Shown here: one piece after another, positions 29,629 to 38,425 of the stretch
Layout: the number at the start of each line of letters is the position of its first letter
Position numbering within the stretch: position 1 is the stretch's first letter
DNA from: Candidatus Omnitrophota bacterium
GTDB lineage: Bacteria > Omnitrophota > Omnitrophia > Omnitrophales > Aquincolibacteriaceae
DNA length: 64,000 nt
Assembly: GCA_043803685.1 (NCBI GenBank)
Contig: JAZDJU010000005.1
Coordinates: 11,579 to 75,578 of the forward strand
Reading direction: 5' to 3'
The notes under the pieces: model-generated
The model's database searches: none
What the model saw: only the letters and a program-made list of their open reading frames with translations
Told to the model about the DNA's origin: nothing
Program-made: the position numbers and the translations under genes

Positions 29629-31212
29629 ATGAGCCCCAAAGTCAGATCGAAAGCCAAGTCTAAGGGTCCCCTTAAGCAAAAGGTGGATCATTTTGCTCAA
29701 AAGATCAAATCACTCGACGAGCTTGAAAAGATCATCGCAAAGTTCAAGAGGTCCGGCAAGAAGGTCGTACATTGCCACGGCGTTTTTGATCTTATGCACC
29801 CCGGCCACATTCATCATTTTTACGCCGCACGGAAAAAAGGCGATTGTCTCGTCGTGACGATCACCAAGAATGAATATGTCGGAAAAGGACCGGGGCGGCC
29901 CGTATTCAATCAGCGATTGAGGGCTGAGTCGGTCGCGGCGGTGGAATGCGTTGACTACGTGGCGATCAATAACTGGCCGACCGCGATCGAGACCATTCAG
30001 AAGTTGAAGCCCAATTACTACGTGAAGGGGAGCGAGTATGCCGACGACACGGCGGACCTTACGGGTAATATCGCGGCGGAGCGAACGGCGATCGAAAGCG
30101 TCGGCGGAAAAATGGTCTTTACGGATGAGGTGAAGTTCAGCTCGAGCAGTATTCTTAATACCTATTTCAACGTATTTTCTGAAGAGACAAAACTTTTCCT
30201 GCAACAGTTCCGGAAGCGTTACAGCGAAGAGGATGTGATTCGCTATTTAAAAGACCTTCAGGGGATGAAGGTGCTGGTGCTCGGGGACGCGATCATCGAC
30301 GAATACCACTATTGCAAAGCGCTTGGGAAATCCCCCAAAGAAACGATCGTGACGACGAAGTATGTTGGCGCTGAATCTTTTGCCGGCGGCGTGCTGGCTT
30401 GCGCCAATCACGTGGCTTCCTTGTGTGGCACGGTGGATCTCGTGACGTGTCTCGGACGTGAGAATTCCTATGAGGAATTCATCCGCAGTCACCTGAAACC
30501 GAATGTGACCCCTCATTTCTTCTTCCGGGAAAATGCCCCAACGATCATCAAGCGGCGGTTCGTGGAGCCTGTCTTTTTATCCAAGATGTTCCAGGTGAGC
30601 TTTCTCGAGGATTCGCTTTTGCCCGTCTCGACAGACGCTGCCTTACGCGCTCATTTGACCAAAATCCTTCCGAATTATGACGTTGTACTTGTGGCGGATT
30701 ATGGTCATGGGTTCCTGAGTCCCGCGACCATTGAGCTTTTGGGGAAGAAAGCTAAATTTCTTGCCGTCAATACTCAGACCAACAGCGCCAACATCGGATT
30801 CAATCTCGTGACCAAGTATCGGCATGTGGACTACATCTGTATCGATGAGCCCGAGATCCGTTTGGCGATGCACGATAAAGTGGGACCCGTGGAGCCCTTG
30901 ATCGACAGGGTTAGCAAGATTCTCAAGACAAAAATGGTCATGATCACGCGCGGGCATCTTGGGTCCGTTGCCCACAAGCCGGGGGAACCCTATTCCGCGA
31001 CACCCATCTTTTCAAGCGAGATCGTGGACCGTGTCGGCGCGGGCGACGCGTTTTTTGCCGTGACGGCGCCTTGTGCGGCCAAAAATTATCCCACAGACCT
31101 TATTGGTTTTATCGGGAATGCGGTGGGCGCTATGGCGGTCCGTATCGTTTGTAATCGTTCTTTCATCGAAATGGTGCCGTTAACCCGTTTCATCTCAACC
31201 TTGCTAAAATAA
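29629..31212 (+). CDS. Bifunctional nucleotidyltransferase (N-term) / PfkB sugar kinase (C-term), HldE-like with reversed domain order
   Basis: HGVFDLMHPGH, KGPGRP, VKG.EY, SSS in the N-half; GDAIIDEY, DYGHG, DRVGAGDAF in the C-half. Confidence 0.85.
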   Translation: MSPKVRSKAKSKGPLKQKVDHFAQKIKSLDELEKIIAKFKRSGKKVVHCHGVFDLMHPGHIHHFYAARKKGDCLVVTITKNEYVGKGPGRPVFNQRLRAESVAAVECVDYVAINNWPTAIETIQKLKPNYYVKGSEYADDTADLTGNIAAERTAIESVGGKMVFTDEVKFSSSSILNTYFNVFSEETKLFLQQFRKRYSEEDVIRYLKDLQGMKVLVLGDAIIDEYHYCKALGKSPKETIVTTKYVGAESFAGGVLACANHVASLCGTVDLVTCLGRENSYEEFIRSHLKPNVTPHFFFRENAPTIIKRRFVEPVFLSKMFQVSFLEDSLLPVSTDAALRAHLTKILPNYDVVLVADYGHGFLSPATIELLGKKAKFLAVNTQTNSANIGFNLVTKYRHVDYICIDEPEIRLAMHDKVGPVEPLIDRVSKILKTKMVMITRGHLGSVAHKPGEPYSATPIFSSEIVDRVGAGDAFFAVTAPCAAKNYPTDLIGFIGNAVGAMAVRIVCNRSFIEMVPLTRFISTLLK

Positions 31213-31213
31213 T

Positions 31214-31795
31214 ATGGATCCCCGCGATTATTTCTCTGAGCTTTACCGCTCCCTCGACCGTTTTGAGGTCCAGGATGAGCATGCTCGTGTGTTGACCCAG
31301 GCTGCGGGACTCTCGGGCGTGATCGAGTGGATCGAAAAGCTCCAAAAAAAGAAGGGGAAAGTCATTTTTGTCGGGAACGGTGGAAGTGCTGCGATCGCGA
31401 GTCACCAGGCGGTCGATCTTTGGAAGAATGGTGGTATTCGGGCGGTGGCGTTCAATGACGCTTCGCTTCTAACCTGCTTGAGCAATGACTACAGCTACGC
31501 GGAAGTTTTTGAGAAGTCCCTTGCCATGTTCGCGGAGCCCGAGGACGTTCTGATCGCGATCAGCTCTTCCGGAAAATCCGCGAATATTCTGAAGGCTGTG
31601 GATAAAGCAAGATCCATCGGCTGTCGTGTGGCGACCCTGTCCGGTTTCAAACCCGATAATCCGCTTCGCACGAAAGGGCACCTCAATTTTTACGTGTCCT
31701 CGGAAAGTTACGGTATGGTCGAGGTCGCGCATCTGACGTTGTGTCATTACATCACCGACCACTTTGTCGCACGCGCCGCTTCCGCGTCGAAATGA
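31214..31795 (+). CDS. gmhA: SIS-domain phosphoheptose isomerase (GmhA-like)
   Basis: GNGGSAAIASH, SNDY, AISSSGKSANI, VEVAH. Confidence 0.82.
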   Translation: MDPRDYFSELYRSLDRFEVQDEHARVLTQAAGLSGVIEWIEKLQKKKGKVIFVGNGGSAAIASHQAVDLWKNGGIRAVAFNDASLLTCLSNDYSYAEVFEKSLAMFAEPEDVLIAISSSGKSANILKAVDKARSIGCRVATLSGFKPDNPLRTKGHLNFYVSSESYGMVEVAHLTLCHYITDHFVARAASASK

Positions 31796-31810
31796 ACACG
31801 GTTCTCCCTC

Positions 31811-32878
31811 ATGGATAAATACAGGATCGACAGCCATAAGTTGCTCTATCACGTCGGCCGGACAAGCGACTGGCTTTCCGGAAAGAATGTCTATCCTGTC
31901 TACGCCGAGATCTCACCCTGTGGCGCCTGCAATCACCGGTGCACGTACTGTGGCCTGGATTTTATGCAGTACCAGTCCCGGCGTCTGGAGACAGCCCTTC
32001 TTAAAGAGCGTCTGACCGAGTTGGGTCGTCTCGGCCTGAAAAGTATCATGTATGCCGGGGAAGGCGAGCCTTTCCTGCACAAGGACATGGCCGAGATCAT
32101 CGAGCACACCAAGCGGGCCGGGATCGATGTGGGACTCACCTCGAACGCGGTGCTCTTTGACGAAAAGGCGGCCCTCGCGACGCTTCCTCACATGTCGTGG
32201 ATCAAGGTGAGCATCAACGGTGCCACTCCCGAAACCTACGCGAAGATCCACCAATGCAAGCCCGAGGATCTCGACCGGGTCATGAAGAATATGGCGTTCG
32301 CCGCGGAGGCGAAGAAAAAACACGGTTATGCCTGCACGCTCGGAATGCAGCTCCTGCTTCTCCCCGAAAATCATCATGAGGCCCGGTTGCTTGCGGAAAA
32401 AGCCAAAGAGATCGGGATGGATTATCTGGTGATCAAGCCCTACTCCCAGCATCCCCAGAGCAAGACCGAGATCTACAAGAATATCCGGTACAGTGATTTT
32501 GATTATCTGGAAAACGAGCTGAAGGGGCTGAGTGACGAACATTTCAACGTGATCTATCGCGTGCGGACCATGAAGAAATGGGACGAGGCCGCGCGGAGCT
32601 ATCAACGCTGTCTGGCGCTGCCATTCTGGACGTATATCGATGCCGGAGGAGACGTTTGGGGCTGCAGTATCTATCTCGGGGACAAAGACTTTCTCTATGG
32701 GAACATTTACAAGAATACTTTTCAGGAGATCTGGGAAGGCGAAGCCCGGAAGAAGTCCCTTGAAAAGGTCGCGACCTGTCTGAACGTCGAACATTGCCGG
32801 GTCAATTGCCGGATGGACGAGATCAACCGGTACCTTTGGGAATTGAAAAATCCGCCGGCCCACGTTAATTTCATTTGA
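31811..32878 (+). CDS. Radical SAM protein with SPASM/twitch C-terminal domain
   Basis: CNHRCTYC, GEGEP; C-terminal C..GDVWGC..GNI..FQEIW..C..C...C. Confidence 0.88.
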   Translation: MDKYRIDSHKLLYHVGRTSDWLSGKNVYPVYAEISPCGACNHRCTYCGLDFMQYQSRRLETALLKERLTELGRLGLKSIMYAGEGEPFLHKDMAEIIEHTKRAGIDVGLTSNAVLFDEKAALATLPHMSWIKVSINGATPETYAKIHQCKPEDLDRVMKNMAFAAEAKKKHGYACTLGMQLLLLPENHHEARLLAEKAKEIGMDYLVIKPYSQHPQSKTEIYKNIRYSDFDYLENELKGLSDEHFNVIYRVRTMKKWDEAARSYQRCLALPFWTYIDAGGDVWGCSIYLGDKDFLYGNIYKNTFQEIWEGEARKKSLEKVATCLNVEHCRVNCRMDEINRYLWELKNPPAHVNFI

Positions 32879-33690
32879 TGAAGATCTCCCTGCAAGAAAA
32901 AGCCAACGCCGTTCGCGACGAAGTGCTCCGGATATGCGTCAGGAACAAGGCGGGACACATCGCCCCTTCGCTTTCGTGTGTCGATCTCCTGGTATCCCTT
33001 TACTACGACGTTCTGTCCTATGACCCGAAGCGTCCGCTTTGGAACGACCGGGATCGGCTCATCTTTTCAAAGGCCCACGGCTGCTATGGCCTCTACGCGA
33101 TCCTTGCCGATATCGGCGTGATCCCGCGTCATGAGTGGGAGGGGTTCTACACGCCGCAAAGCACGCTCCGGGGATGTCTCGAGCGCCATGTCGAATATGG
33201 TCTCGAGGCGAGCTGCGGTTCACTCGGTCACGGCTTGCCCATGGCGGTCGGGATCGCTTATGGAGCTAAATTGCAGGGGAAATCCTATCAAACGTACTGC
33301 GTGATCGGGGACGGCGAATTCCAGGAAGGGTCGGTCTGGGAAGCTTTGCAGTTCGCGGTGAAGCACGGGGTCGACAATCTGACGATCCTTGTGGACCATA
33401 ACCGGTTGCAGGCGATGGATTTTGTCACGAATGTCCTCGACCGCGAAGAAAAGGAATTAGTAAGGCGTCTCAAAGGATTTGGGCTGATGCCCATGATCTG
33501 CCCCGGGCATGAGACGCTGGAGATCGCGGCATGCATCCGGGCGGCTCAGGAAGATCCGGCGCGTGTGCCGCGCGTGATCGTGGCGGAGACGATCAAAGGG
33601 TTCGGCTTCAAGTGCATGGAGAATGTTCCGAAGTTCCATTTCCGGGTCCCGAGCGAGGAAGAATTGGCGATGGGGAAGAGCTATGGCTGA
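32878..33690 (+). CDS. Transketolase N-terminal (TPP-binding) subunit
   Basis: GHIAPSLS, RDRLIFSKAHG, GSLGHGL, GDGEFQEGSVWEA, DHN, TIKG. Confidence 0.9.
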   Translation: MKISLQEKANAVRDEVLRICVRNKAGHIAPSLSCVDLLVSLYYDVLSYDPKRPLWNDRDRLIFSKAHGCYGLYAILADIGVIPRHEWEGFYTPQSTLRGCLERHVEYGLEASCGSLGHGLPMAVGIAYGAKLQGKSYQTYCVIGDGEFQEGSVWEALQFAVKHGVDNLTILVDHNRLQAMDFVTNVLDREEKELVRRLKGFGLMPMICPGHETLEIAACIRAAQEDPARVPRVIVAETIKGFGFKCMENVPKFHFRVPSEEELAMGKSYG

Positions 33691-34174
33691 GACCGTTAAC
33701 TTCCGGAAGGACATTCTCGATCTTCTTATCCCGGTGTTTCGCGCGGATCCCCGGTACCGTTTGCTCATTTGTGATATGGGTTTTGGCGCCGTGGACAAAC
33801 TCCAGAACGAATTCCCGGATCGTATTGTAAATTGCGGCATCATGGAACAGGGGACGGTGGGAATCGCGGCCGGGATGTGTATGAGCGGTCTTATCCCGAT
33901 CGTTTATTCGATGGTCAATTTCTTGGCGTATCGCGCGATCGAGCAGATCCGGAACGACGTGGTGTTGCAGGGGCTCAACGTGAAGTTTATCGCGACGGGA
34001 GCGAATGACTATTTTAAGTTTCTCGGCCCTTCCCATTGTTGCGGGACGGACGATGTCCGGTTGATGGAACTCATTCATATGAAAGTCTACGATCCCTACA
34101 CGTCGACCGCGGAATTTCCAAAACTTGTGAAGACGTGGATTGAAGACGCGAAAGCGGGTTATCTCCGTGTCTAA
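33683..34174 (+). CDS. Transketolase pyrimidine-binding subunit (short, 163 aa)
   Basis: DMGFG, NCGIMEQ, FLAYRAIEQIRND, GPSH; ends before the usual C-terminal domain. Confidence 0.8.
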   Translation: MAETVNFRKDILDLLIPVFRADPRYRLLICDMGFGAVDKLQNEFPDRIVNCGIMEQGTVGIAAGMCMSGLIPIVYSMVNFLAYRAIEQIRNDVVLQGLNVKFIATGANDYFKFLGPSHCCGTDDVRLMELIHMKVYDPYTSTAEFPKLVKTWIEDAKAGYLRV

Positions 34175-34910
34175 CGTCCGAGACGAGAAAGAAGCGGCGC
34201 TCAAGTCTTTGACGGTCGTTATTCCCGCCTATAACGAGTCCGAGAATATCGGGCCGACATGTCTCGGGATCGCGGCCCTTGCCGAAAAACATCTCGATCA
34301 TTATGAGATCCTGGTCTTTGATGATGCGAGTGCTGATTCTACGGCTGACAAAGTGCGCGAACTTGAGGTCGGGAATCCCAAGATCCGGTTGATCCGGAAC
34401 GAACAGAACCGGGGGCTTGGGTATAACTATTGCGAAGGTGTGCGTCAGGCCTCCTGCCGTTACGTGATGATGGTTCCCGGGGACAACGAAGTCATCGCAG
34501 CGTCCCTCGAGGAGATCTTCCGGACCTTGGGGACGGTCGATATCGGGATTTGCTACGCGGCCAATAGCGGGATCCGTCCTCGCGCGCGACAGTTCATCTC
34601 GAAACTTTTTACGGGCATCTTGAATACTCTTTTCGGATTGAAAGTCCTTTATTTCAACGGGCCGAACCTCTTGCGGACGGACCTCGCGAAAACCCATTTG
34701 CCTGACACTAGCAGCTTCGCCTACATGGCCGTGATGTTGGTGACCCTTCTCAAGGAAGGCTATTCCTTCAAGCATTACACCTTCGAGCTGAAACCCCGCC
34801 TCTACGGAAAGACAAAGGCCTTCTGTCTGCAAAACGTCCTTCGGGTTATGCGGGACGTCGTCCGGTTATTCTGGAGCGTTCATTTTTCACCTTCCCGGAA
34901 ATCATGCTAA
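34167..34910 (+). CDS. GT2, polyprenyl-phosphate sugar synthase-like
   Basis: VVIPAYNE, DDASAD, NRGLG, PGDNE, R..GKTK; GTG start uncertain. Confidence 0.8.
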   Translation: MSNVRDEKEAALKSLTVVIPAYNESENIGPTCLGIAALAEKHLDHYEILVFDDASADSTADKVRELEVGNPKIRLIRNEQNRGLGYNYCEGVRQASCRYVMMVPGDNEVIAASLEEIFRTLGTVDIGICYAANSGIRPRARQFISKLFTGILNTLFGLKVLYFNGPNLLRTDLAKTHLPDTSSFAYMAVMLVTLLKEGYSFKHYTFELKPRLYGKTKAFCLQNVLRVMRDVVRLFWSVHFSPSRKSC

Positions 34911-36847
34911 AGATCCTTTTTATCTACAAGGAAGAGGATCCGATCGACCCGATGCAGATCGAGCTTCTCTCCGCGCTCGCTAAGCGCGAGGGACATGAGA
35001 CCTTTCTCAATATCCTTCAGCACAAGGACCTCGTCGCGGACCTCGAGCGGATCAAGCCGGATGTCGTGGCTTCAAGCGGCAAGACCGGGGAGCACAACAC
35101 GTTCCTGAAGGTCAACCGGTTCATCAAGGAAACCTATGGCGACACGATCTTCACGATCATGGGCGGCCCGCATCCGACGTTCAACCACAGCGGGATGCAG
35201 CTCCACGGGGAGACGGATCACGAGTTCCAGGTTTTCAGGGAGAAATTGGCCTTGGCTCGGGACCGGTCCAAGCATCATCTGATCCAACGACATGTGGTGG
35301 CCGAAAAGTCCGGACTCGACGCGCTATGCATCGGAGAGGGCGAGGACGCCTGGGTGGAATTGCTGCGGGCGTTGGATCAAAAAGGATCTATTGATTCCAT
35401 TCCCAATATCGTGACCCCGACGAACCGCAAGGTCCGCCCGGTTCCGGAGTTCCGGGCGCGCCGCACGTTCCTGGATGACCTGCCTTTCTTTGATCGCGAG
35501 ATCGTCTACGACAAGACGTTCTTGGCCCACTTTCCGATGCGCAGTTTTATGGCGAGTCGCGGATGTCCGTTCTGTTGCACCTATTGCTTCAATTTTGACT
35601 GGAATCAGCTCTACCAGCGTGCCGGAAAACTTCAGAAGATCCACAACCGGTACACGGTGGATCGCTTGATCGCCGAGGTCAAACACTGGATGGAGATCGA
35701 GCGTAAAAAAGGATATGCTCCCACGCAATTCATCAAGTTCTACGACGACATGTTCGAGTTCCGGGTCAGTCCCTGGCTCGTGGAGTTCGCCGAGAAATTT
35801 CCGAAAGAGGTCGGGATCCCGTTCTCATGCCTCGTGCGCTGCGATATTTTCGCCAAAGAGCAGCCGGACGGTTCGATCAAGGAGAACGAGGAAGTTTTGC
35901 TTCTTCTGAAAAAGGCGGGGATGCGGTCGATCAATATGTCCATTGAGGCCGGCAATAACTTTATTCGCGAGAATATCTTTGTCCGGAACATGACCGAAAA
36001 AGAGATTCGCGCGGCTTTCGCGATGATGAAGCGGCACAAGATCGGAATTTTCGCAAACACCATTCTCGGCATTCCCGCGCCGGTGATCCCTCGTCGCGAC
36101 GATCCCGATTTTGTTCCAAACCTTATCCGCTCGATCGATCAGACGGAGAAGGCGTTCACGGTCGCCCGAAAACAGGTGGGGAGGATTGGCGGAACGAAAT
36201 TCCCCTCGCAGCTTGATGACATTATGAAGAAGCTCAAAGACGGCTCTGCCACGGAGGATCATTTTCACCAGGCGCTCAGGCTTCTGGAGTCGATGGGACT
36301 TCGCTATGATCCGATCGATTACGACATCGAGTCCGTGGAGCTTGCGGTCCAGACGGGAGTCCAGCAAAGCCTTTTTCCACGATTGGAACCTTATCCGGGA
36401 ACTGTGGTCACGGATTATACGGTGGCGATCGGGGCTTTCGACGGGAATTTTGAGAAGATGCACTCCTCCTGTCTTTCCACATCCCTTTTTACGTGCTACA
36501 CGCCTCGCCAGCGCAAGATCCAGGATAATCTTTCCTTCCTGGGGCAGGTCTGCGCGGTATGGCCGTGGCTCTGGCCTTTCGCGAAGAAGCATCTGATCTA
36601 TTGGCCGCTCACGCGGCTCTACTGGGCGCTCTTTGTTCTAATGAAAGCCTACGTCGTGAACAAATATATCTATCCGATGAAATTCGATCTCAGATCCTTT
36701 GTGAAGTCCGCTTACCGCATCGGGATGTTCGAGATCAAACAATTCTTTCAGAGCAAGGCCGATACGGAATTCTACCGCAAACCCGCCAAGTCGCTATCGG
36801 CTACCGCGTCTCCTGCGGGAGTTCTTGGCGGGCGATGGGAAAAGTGA
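34904..36847 (+). CDS. B12-binding radical SAM protein with internal insertions
   Basis: GGPHPT, IGEGE, SRGCPFCCTYC, FYDD, SIEAG, ILGIP, PYPGT. Confidence 0.88.
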   Translation: MLKILFIYKEEDPIDPMQIELLSALAKREGHETFLNILQHKDLVADLERIKPDVVASSGKTGEHNTFLKVNRFIKETYGDTIFTIMGGPHPTFNHSGMQLHGETDHEFQVFREKLALARDRSKHHLIQRHVVAEKSGLDALCIGEGEDAWVELLRALDQKGSIDSIPNIVTPTNRKVRPVPEFRARRTFLDDLPFFDREIVYDKTFLAHFPMRSFMASRGCPFCCTYCFNFDWNQLYQRAGKLQKIHNRYTVDRLIAEVKHWMEIERKKGYAPTQFIKFYDDMFEFRVSPWLVEFAEKFPKEVGIPFSCLVRCDIFAKEQPDGSIKENEEVLLLLKKAGMRSINMSIEAGNNFIRENIFVRNMTEKEIRAAFAMMKRHKIGIFANTILGIPAPVIPRRDDPDFVPNLIRSIDQTEKAFTVARKQVGRIGGTKFPSQLDDIMKKLKDGSATEDHFHQALRLLESMGLRYDPIDYDIESVELAVQTGVQQSLFPRLEPYPGTVVTDYTVAIGAFDGNFEKMHSSCLSTSLFTCYTPRQRKIQDNLSFLGQVCAVWPWLWPFAKKHLIYWPLTRLYWALFVLMKAYVVNKYIYPMKFDLRSFVKSAYRIGMFEIKQFFQSKADTEFYRKPAKSLSATASPAGVLGGRWEK

Positions 36848-36854
36848 TCCTGTT

Positions 36855-37358
36855 ATGAGAATGGCGACTCTGGTTCTGCCGCTCCTTTCATTCGCAGGAT
36901 GTATGCTCCTGCATATTCTGATCTGGCGGATCCGTAAACCCCGGGATCACGCGGGGGCGCTCCTGGCTGTTTTTCTGATTCCGCTTACCGTTCTTCCGTT
37001 CCTGGCGGGATGGTTCGGCTTTGCGGCCTCGTTATCCGAATGGGCCGCGATCTTCCTGCTTCATGCCGCCATGAGCATGGCGTATATCCAGATCTATCCC
37101 GCGAGCCAGGCGGACAGTCCGTCGCTGAAGGTCATGGTGCTGGTTTCCCAGGCCATGCCGAAAGGGTTAACCGCGGGGGAGATCACATCGCAATTCGATC
37201 CATCCCGGCTTTTTCACGACCGGATCGACGATCTTGCCGCTGTCGGACATATCGTACGCGATGGGGACCGGGTGCTCCTGACTTCCCGGGGGCGTCTGTT
37301 GATCGCTCCGTTCTTCTGGCTCCGGCGAATGATCGGGCTGCCGTGGGGAAAGGGCTAA
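36855..37358 (+). CDS. Small membrane protein with C-terminal winged-helix-like segment
   Basis: About 3 hydrophobic helices, then LTAGEI..RIDDLAAVGHIVRDGDRVLLTSRG. Confidence 0.6.
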   Translation: MRMATLVLPLLSFAGCMLLHILIWRIRKPRDHAGALLAVFLIPLTVLPFLAGWFGFAASLSEWAAIFLLHAAMSMAYIQIYPASQADSPSLKVMVLVSQAMPKGLTAGEITSQFDPSRLFHDRIDDLAAVGHIVRDGDRVLLTSRGRLLIAPFFWLRRMIGLPWGKG

Positions 37359-37362
37359 TATT

Positions 37363-37887
37363 GTGAACCCTCTTTTCGTGTATCTCTCGCTCTTGTTTTT
37401 CTCGCCGCTTTTTATTTTCTTAACGCATATGGTGGTGGCCCGTTCTTCCATGGCGCTGCGACTTAAGATCCAGCCGCTCATGACCGGGGTGTTTGCCGTC
37501 GTCATAACGTTTGCCTGGGTTGCGTCTCTTGCGTGGCTCAGTTTTCTTGGCCGTATCCCGGCTTTCTCCGGAATGGGGGTTGCGGTTCTATACGGTATTT
37601 TGACTTACACAGGACTCGCCTTTTGCTATTTTCAGGTCTTTGCGATGACCGAGACTGCCCGTCGCCTCCGCATTCTCTATGAGCTCTATACGCGGAAGGA
37701 GACGACCCTCTCTCAGCTTGACGCGGATTACGGGGCCTCGCGGATGCTCGAGACGCGTCTTGCGCGCATGGTAGAGATCGGACAGTTAGGCTATGATGGC
37801 CAGCGGTACACGCTTCGTCGGACGCTCCTGCTTCGCGTCGGACAACTCATGTCCTTCTGGGCGAAAGTTCTGGGATTCAAAAGCTGA
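37363..37887 (+). CDS. Small membrane protein with C-terminal winged-helix-like segment
   Basis: About 3 hydrophobic helices, then RLRILYEL..TLSQL..RLARMVEIGQLGYDGQRYTL. Confidence 0.6.
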   Translation: MNPLFVYLSLLFFSPLFIFLTHMVVARSSMALRLKIQPLMTGVFAVVITFAWVASLAWLSFLGRIPAFSGMGVAVLYGILTYTGLAFCYFQVFAMTETARRLRILYELYTRKETTLSQLDADYGASRMLETRLARMVEIGQLGYDGQRYTLRRTLLLRVGQLMSFWAKVLGFKS

Positions 37888-37891
37888 AAGT

Positions 37892-38425
37892 ATGAAACCA
37901 CTTCTAAGTCACGTGCTTCGCGACCATGTCCTGCTCGGCGCTCTCGCGAGTCTTGTGATGCTGCCTTTTTATGGATGGTCCGGCTGCGCGCTTTTCTTTC
38001 TGGCAAATATTCTGATCGATCTGGACCATTACGCGTTCTTCCTCTGGAAGACCCGTCTCCGGTACTGGGATCCGGCGACCATGTTTCGCTTCTTCGAAGA
38101 GGTCCACAGCCGTTGCTATCGTCCCGAGTTCCTTGTCGTGGAACCCATCCATACGGTCGAGATATTTGCATTGCTCGCTCTCGGAGCTTTCTTTGGGGGA
38201 GGTCTCTTCGTGCCGGTTTTCGCGGGGTTTTTCTTTCACGCGGTCGTGGATATCATTCACCTTCACCGACTCCGCATCCTGACGAAGCGCTGCCATAGTT
38301 TGATCGAGTATTTCTGGCGAAGCGCGTGTCAACGCCGCAGGGGGATGGATCCGGCGGTGATCGATCAGGAAGCGATGGCAGCTGCGGGGCTTTTGCCGGC
38401 GGCGGCTGACGTTTCGATCCGGTAA
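37892..38425 (+). CDS. Membrane protein, metal-dependent hydrolase-like
   Basis: Hydrophobic, with H..., IDLDH, PIHTVE and FH..VD His/Asp motifs. Confidence 0.6.
   Translation: MKPLLSHVLRDHVLLGALASLVMLPFYGWSGCALFFLANILIDLDHYAFFLWKTRLRYWDPATMFRFFEEVHSRCYRPEFLVVEPIHTVEIFALLALGAFFGGGLFVPVFAGFFFHAVVDIIHLHRLRILTKRCHSLIEYFWRSACQRRRGMDPAVIDQEAMAAAGLLPAAADVSIR

Noticed and set aside
31811..32878. RiPP system suggested by the SPASM/twitch radical SAM
   Set aside because: No precursor peptide, RRE, peptidase or exporter; flanked by sugar-phosphate enzymes
34904..36847. Intein or intron explanation for the radical SAM insertions
   Set aside because: No Cys/Ser...His-Asn splice termini or endonuclease motif; the frame is continuous
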